From Corallococcus exiguus (GTDB lineage: Bacteria; Myxococcota; Myxococcia; Myxococcales; Myxococcaceae), in NCBI RefSeq assembly GCF_012985275.1, contig NZ_JABEKY010000003.1: 63,187 nucleotides of DNA, one strand, 5' to 3'. The notes beneath the pieces are model-generated. The model was not told where the DNA came from. It did not search any database and saw only the letters and a program-made list of their open reading frames with translations. A program made the position numbers and the translations under genes. The first letter of the stretch is position 1, and every line of letters starts with the position of its first letter. Positions 62,771 to 63,187 of the stretch are shown here, piece after piece.

Positions 62771-63187
62771 AACCGTGGGCAAGCTGCATCCCCCTGGCGC
62801 TGTGTTTCCTGGCCGCATGCCAGCCGAGCACGCTTCACCTGAGCGTGAAGGCGCCATCCGGGACGAACCAGGGCCGGCCGCTGTACATGCTGGTGCGCAA
62901 GGTGGACCCGAAGCAGTTCGCCGTGGAGTCCTACGGCGAGGTCTCCGCGCGAATCTTCCAACCGGACGCGGACGTGCTGCTGTCCGCGCTCATCTATCCG
63001 GGCACGCTGCAGCGCATGAAGGTGCCTCTGCCGGAGAACGCGCCGGTGGCGGTGTCGTTCCTCTTCACCGCGCCGGACGGCACCTGGCAGCAGTTCGTCA
63101 ACACGCCCACGCCCGGCTCGCTGGACATCGAGCTGCTCGAAGGGCGCATCCGCACGGGAACGCAACCTGCGGCGCCCAATAAAGGCG
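62767..63187 (+). CDS. tssJ: TssJ-like lipoprotein (3' partial)
   Basis: ATGA overlap with the tssM stop. Lipoprotein signal MKPWASCIPLALCFLAAC with lipobox LAAC. Small beta-rich protein; runs off the window end. Confidence 0.55.
   Translation, partial: MKPWASCIPLALCFLAACQPSTLHLSVKAPSGTNQGRPLYMLVRKVDPKQFAVESYGEVSARIFQPDADVLLSALIYPGTLQRMKVPLPENAPVAVSFLFTAPDGTWQQFVNTPTPGSLDIELLEGRIRTGTQPAAPNKG

Noticed and set aside
1-63187. tRNA, rRNA or other structured RNA genes
   Set aside because: No tRNA-like cloverleaf candidates or rRNA-like conserved stretches were noticed. Nearly the whole window is coding.

Overview
This 63-kb, roughly 70% GC window is a myxobacterial-type chromosomal segment (Myxococcus/Corallococcus-like codon usage and frequent ATGA/GTGA start-stop overlaps). 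It carries two contractile injection machineries side by side. Every call below comes from reading the translated ORFs; no database search was run.

- **1..5102, plus strand:** the 3' part of a large multidomain polymorphic-toxin-like gene (PD-(D/E)xK-like segment and a C-terminal HExxH), a zinc-ribbon protein that could be its immunity protein, a hypothetical protein, and a HEAT-like/FGE-sulfatase-domain protein.
- **5313..40271, minus strand:** a ~35-kb operon of about 24 mostly translationally coupled genes encoding a phage-tail-like contractile particle, of the kind called eCIS (extracellular contractile injection system), PLTS (phage-like translocation structure) or tailocin (phage-tail-like bacteriocin).
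  - The order runs from an unknown 652-aa first gene through sheath, two tube paralogs, a LysM protein, a gpD-like hub, a gp25-like wedge, two tandem Baseplate-J paralogs, a gpI-like protein and a 2535-aa beta-helix fibre.
  - It then continues with a gp5/gpV-like spike and a downstream block of unknown proteins (536, 720, a Pro-rich 403, 243 and a basic 73 aa).
  - No capsid, portal, terminase or integrase gene is present, and no ORF in the operon has an AAA+ Walker-A or a PAAR motif.
- **24650..24856:** an intra-operon intergenic region with three 69-bp tandem repeats, each built around a 21-bp perfect palindrome. A degenerate fourth copy sits at the operon end (5214).
- **40545..43442:** a DUF1622-like membrane protein and a PAS/PAS histidine kinase separate the two systems.
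- **43656..46761:** an OMP-like secreted protein, a degenerate adenylate-forming-enzyme-like protein and a DUF4280 (PAAR-like) protein.
- **46763..63187:** a type VI secretion cluster comprising tssF, a truncated vgrG, tssE, tssG and a tssA-like gene, then a convergent pair of divergent Hcp-like paralogs, then tssC-tssB, and divergently tssK, a stand-alone gp5-C-like beta-helix needle gene, tssL, a small ORF, tssM and a tssJ-like lipoprotein (3' partial).

Coordinates come from the ORF track wherever a whole ORF is used. Internal starts were computed from the ORF track. Repeat coordinates were counted from the sequence ruler and may be off by 1-3 nt.
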